Program-made: the position numbers and the translations under genes
Assembly (NCBI GenBank): GCA_963819655.1
Contig: CAWFXA010000002.1
Location: 672,001 to 736,000 of the forward strand
Reading direction: 5' to 3'
Source: an uncultured Chloroflexia bacterium
GTDB taxonomy: Bacteria; Chloroflexota; Limnocylindria; Limnocylindrales; CSP1-4
Length of the DNA: 64,000 nt
Part shown: piece by piece, positions 61,428 through 64,000 of the stretch
Layout: every line of letters starts with the position of its first letter
How positions within the stretch are numbered: the first letter of the stretch is position 1
Notes under the pieces: model-generated
Told to the model about the DNA's origin: nothing
The model's database searches: none
The model's input: only the letters and a program-made list of their open reading frames with translations

Positions 61428-62358
61428 GACTCCCCACTACCTCCCGGCCACCGCTTCGGACGACGTCCCTGGCTGGCAGCGAACGGTTCTCGCATTCCTG
61501 AGCGAAAAGGAACGCCGATCGGGCTCCCGGCGGACGATCGAGAGCTACGCTCGGATGCTCTGGCCGTTCCTCACGAGGGTGGGTGCGCCAAATCTGGTGA
61601 CGGCCGCCCACGTCCTGGCCTGGGCATATGGAGTGGGGGCGTCGGGGCGCGAACCGTCTTCCGCGACCGTCGGGGCACGAATCGCCTGCCTATCCTCCTA
61701 TTACCGGTTCCTGATCCGGATGAACGTGACGACCTCGAACCCGTGCGACGCGCTCGAGCGCCCGCGCACGACGCAGGCCGTGGCGCGGGGGCTGAGCGCG
61801 GAAGAGGTCCGTCGCCTGCTGGCGGTCGTGCCCGATACCGTGGCCGGCCGACGCGACCGGGCGCTACTGCTGTTCTTCGTCCTCACCGGTCGGCGCCGAT
61901 CGGAGGTCATCGGCCTGACCGCCGGCGACATCAGCGTCGAGGGGGACACCGCCTTCTACTCATACCGCGGCAAGGGGGGCAAGCGCGGCCGCCGTGAGCT
62001 TCCGCGGCCGGCATTCGAGGCGCTTTGTGTGACGTTATCGGACGCGAGTCTCTCCTTGGCCGAAATGGAGCCGGCGGCGTCGCTCTGGCAGGCGGCAGCG
62101 GGAGAGCGCGGCATCACCAGCTCCACCTTCTACAACCGGTTTCGACGCTACCTCCGGGCAGCGGACCTCGCTCCTACCGGGTTGCACATCCTCCGCCACA
62201 GCGCCGCGAAGCTGCGGCGTGATGCCGGGGCGTCGATCGAGTCAGTGAGCAGCTTTCTGGACCACAGCTCGCTCGCCGTCACAAGCGTCTACCTGCGGAG
62301 GCTCGAGGGCGAGGCGGATCGAACATGGCCGGACGTGGCGGTCGCGATCGGCGTCTGA
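61426..62358 (+). CDS. Tyrosine recombinase/integrase (XerC/D-like size)
   Basis: Core-binding N-terminus (SRRTIESY, LSSYYRFL, NP); catalytic R (TGRRRSE), K (GKGGK), HILRH, LDH, Y (TSVY). Confidence 0.93.
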   Translation: MTPHYLPATASDDVPGWQRTVLAFLSEKERRSGSRRTIESYARMLWPFLTRVGAPNLVTAAHVLAWAYGVGASGREPSSATVGARIACLSSYYRFLIRMNVTTSNPCDALERPRTTQAVARGLSAEEVRRLLAVVPDTVAGRRDRALLLFFVLTGRRRSEVIGLTAGDISVEGDTAFYSYRGKGGKRGRRELPRPAFEALCVTLSDASLSLAEMEPAASLWQAAAGERGITSSTFYNRFRRYLRAADLAPTGLHILRHSAAKLRRDAGASIESVSSFLDHSSLAVTSVYLRRLEGEADRTWPDVAVAIGV

Positions 62359-62391
62359 CAGAGCCTCGGCGAGAACGCCGCTAGGGCTATG

Positions 62392-63993
62392 TCAAGACGG
62401 CCGTCTAGGGCTGACGATGTCGTCGCCGAAGATGCGCCACGCCTCCGCCATGAGGTCGATCTCCCCGGGATCCCTTCCGGTACGGCCATGGGGATCGCTG
62501 TCCCAGCTGTCCCCACCGTCCGGGCCGTCCGCGGGGTGGGACGGCGGGGACAGCGATTCCCGGATACGCACCAAGGAGATGATCCGGTCTGATCCATGGT
62601 GCGCTGGGAATCGAACGTCGATCTGTTCGACCTTGCGTAAGTCGGGTGCGAGCCGCCGCAACGCCGTGCCGAGCCCAGCCGCGTTCATCGGCCAATCCCG
62701 ACGCTTGCGGACGGACTCGTCGGCGTGCGGGTAGAGCGCCCGAAGCAACTGGGTGGCCGTACCGGACCAGCTATCACGGTCGCGCAGCAGCTCCACGATC
62801 GGCGCCGCCAGGGGACTCGCCTCGAGCGTCAGGGCATGGCTCTGCCTGCGATTGGTGCGATACGCGGCGACGAATGAGCCGGTCGGCCAACGGAGGGCGC
62901 CCTCGGCCGCGGTTACCCATCGTGTCGCATCGGCCATGCGCGGCAGGCGTCCGATCGCGACCTCCTCATGACGCGCGAACGACACGGAGACGGCGTCGAG
63001 CAACGCGCCCAGGATGGTAGGTCTGTCGGCCTCGAACGCGGGCCAGAACTCCTCCTCGGGACGACGGAGACGATCGGGGATGGTCGCGAGGTCGACGACG
63101 ATCGCCCGATCCATCAGGTCCGCCCGGGTGACGATGCCGCCGATCCCGTTCAGGATGACCGGTCGGGCGACATGGACCAGAAACTCCTCGTCGTCCGAAT
63201 ACAGCTGCCGCGTCGAGAAGCCCGCCCCGGTCGCCAGACGCGCGATCGCGTCGGACTGCCACGCGGCGAGGCTGGACACGTTGTCGAACGACGCGATCCA
63301 GCTGTTGCTGGCGGCGATCGCCAAGGAATGCTCGTCGCGGGGCTGACTCCGATCGCCGACCGCGTTGGGGTCGATGAGAAGTCGGAGCAGGCGTGCCGTC
63401 GTGCTCTTGGCGCTGTCCTGCTCGCCGCCGAGGAGGAGCACGATGTATGGGCCGCGCGGTCGGAACGCAGCCAACAGCCACCCGGCGAGGAGGCGGTACT
63501 GGTCGTCGTCCACGACATTGACGAAGGTCCGCAGCTCCTCGAGCGAGCCGCCCGCGCGGGGAGTCGGAAGGGCCTCGAGCCCGCGCGGCCGGCGGAAGGG
63601 GATCGGCGACCGGTCGAGGATGCGCCAGCCGGCGGTATCGATCTCGACGACCCGCCAGCGGTCATCACCGAGATCGAGGTACATCGCTCCGTGGTGCTCG
63701 GCGATCCTCAGGCCGACGCGACGATCGGGTCCATCGAAGTGGCCGATCGCGGCGAGGACGTCGGTCGCCTCGGTGAGCGCCTGGCCTCCCGCCGGTCGGC
63801 CAGTCGCTCGCCAGTGACAGCCCGACAGCCAGGTCCGGAACGCTCTCGATCGAACGCGAAGGACCTCGTGATGGGGCACCGGCTGCGTCGTCAGGACATC
63901 GGCGTACGCGGTGTCGCCATGGTGGAACAGTTCGCTCGCCTCCTGGGCGGCTAGCACGAGTTGAGCGGCCTGGGTCGCCATGCGCTCTGGCAT
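62392..63993 (-). CDS. Replication-associated ATPase/helicase-like protein of mobile elements (may be 5'-partial)
   Basis: YLDLGD..W..VEI...GW, Walker A GEQDSAKST, FDNVS, LATG....RQLYSD, PRMAD, W.GTAT.LL. Confidence 0.8.
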   Translation of the reverse strand: MPERMATQAAQLVLAAQEASELFHHGDTAYADVLTTQPVPHHEVLRVRSRAFRTWLSGCHWRATGRPAGGQALTEATDVLAAIGHFDGPDRRVGLRIAEHHGAMYLDLGDDRWRVVEIDTAGWRILDRSPIPFRRPRGLEALPTPRAGGSLEELRTFVNVVDDDQYRLLAGWLLAAFRPRGPYIVLLLGGEQDSAKSTTARLLRLLIDPNAVGDRSQPRDEHSLAIAASNSWIASFDNVSSLAAWQSDAIARLATGAGFSTRQLYSDDEEFLVHVARPVILNGIGGIVTRADLMDRAIVVDLATIPDRLRRPEEEFWPAFEADRPTILGALLDAVSVSFARHEEVAIGRLPRMADATRWVTAAEGALRWPTGSFVAAYRTNRRQSHALTLEASPLAAPIVELLRDRDSWSGTATQLLRALYPHADESVRKRRDWPMNAAGLGTALRRLAPDLRKVEQIDVRFPAHHGSDRIISLVRIRESLSPPSHPADGPDGGDSWDSDPHGRTGRDPGEIDLMAEAWRIFGDDIVSPRRPS

Positions 63994-64000
63994 CGGTCGA

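Larger units (their letters stand above)
49870..64000. mobile_element. tRNA-Thr-integrated element (IME or phage-satellite-like), right end outside the window
   Basis: att fragment, tandem arm-like repeats, ParB-methylase, terminase-small-like ORF, tyrosine recombinase, replication ATPase; cargo visibly more AT-rich. Confidence 0.82.

Noticed and set aside
53352-62358. Classical integron
   Set aside because: Sites are 25 bp without attC palindromes or RYYYAAC/GTTRRRY ends, and the recombinase shows no IntI-type insertion.

Overview
High-GC bacterial DNA. Gene content and frequent leaderless starts suggest a Chloroflexota- or Actinomycetota-like soil organism (inference). Positions 1-27 kb are mostly core genes: folP/folB, htrA plus a two-component system, rplY, MoxR-DUF58-VWA, LysR/isocitrate lyase, LigC and Prim-Pol, GGDEF/HD-GYP, YciI/ECF sigma, and a CaCA antiporter. 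Positions 27-49.8 kb hold accessory redox and regulatory modules: a DipZ-like thioredoxin with an orphan nuoB, STAND/SARP/MalT-like regulators, and an Rsb-like partner-switching operon whose GAF domain appears split across genes. A 3' half of tRNA-Thr(CGT) at 49870-49914 marks an att junction of an integrated element that runs off the right edge and carries a ParB-DNA methylase, a small-terminase-like protein, a tyrosine recombinase and a replication ATPase. The most striking feature lies inside this element at about 53.3-58.7 kb. About ten copies of a 25-bp site (consensus TGGCTTAGTGTCCGGGAATGTCACC) each separate one short ORF: barstar-like, DUF1963, DUF4265, lipoproteins and hypotheticals, several with their own leaderless promoter. 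A Xer-type (non-IntI) tyrosine recombinase lies 2.7 kb away. This looks like a gene-cassette capture array that is neither an integron nor a CRISPR. Four single-base frameshifts in otherwise intact genes probably reflect sequencing errors. All family assignments come from motif recognition by eye; no searches were run.
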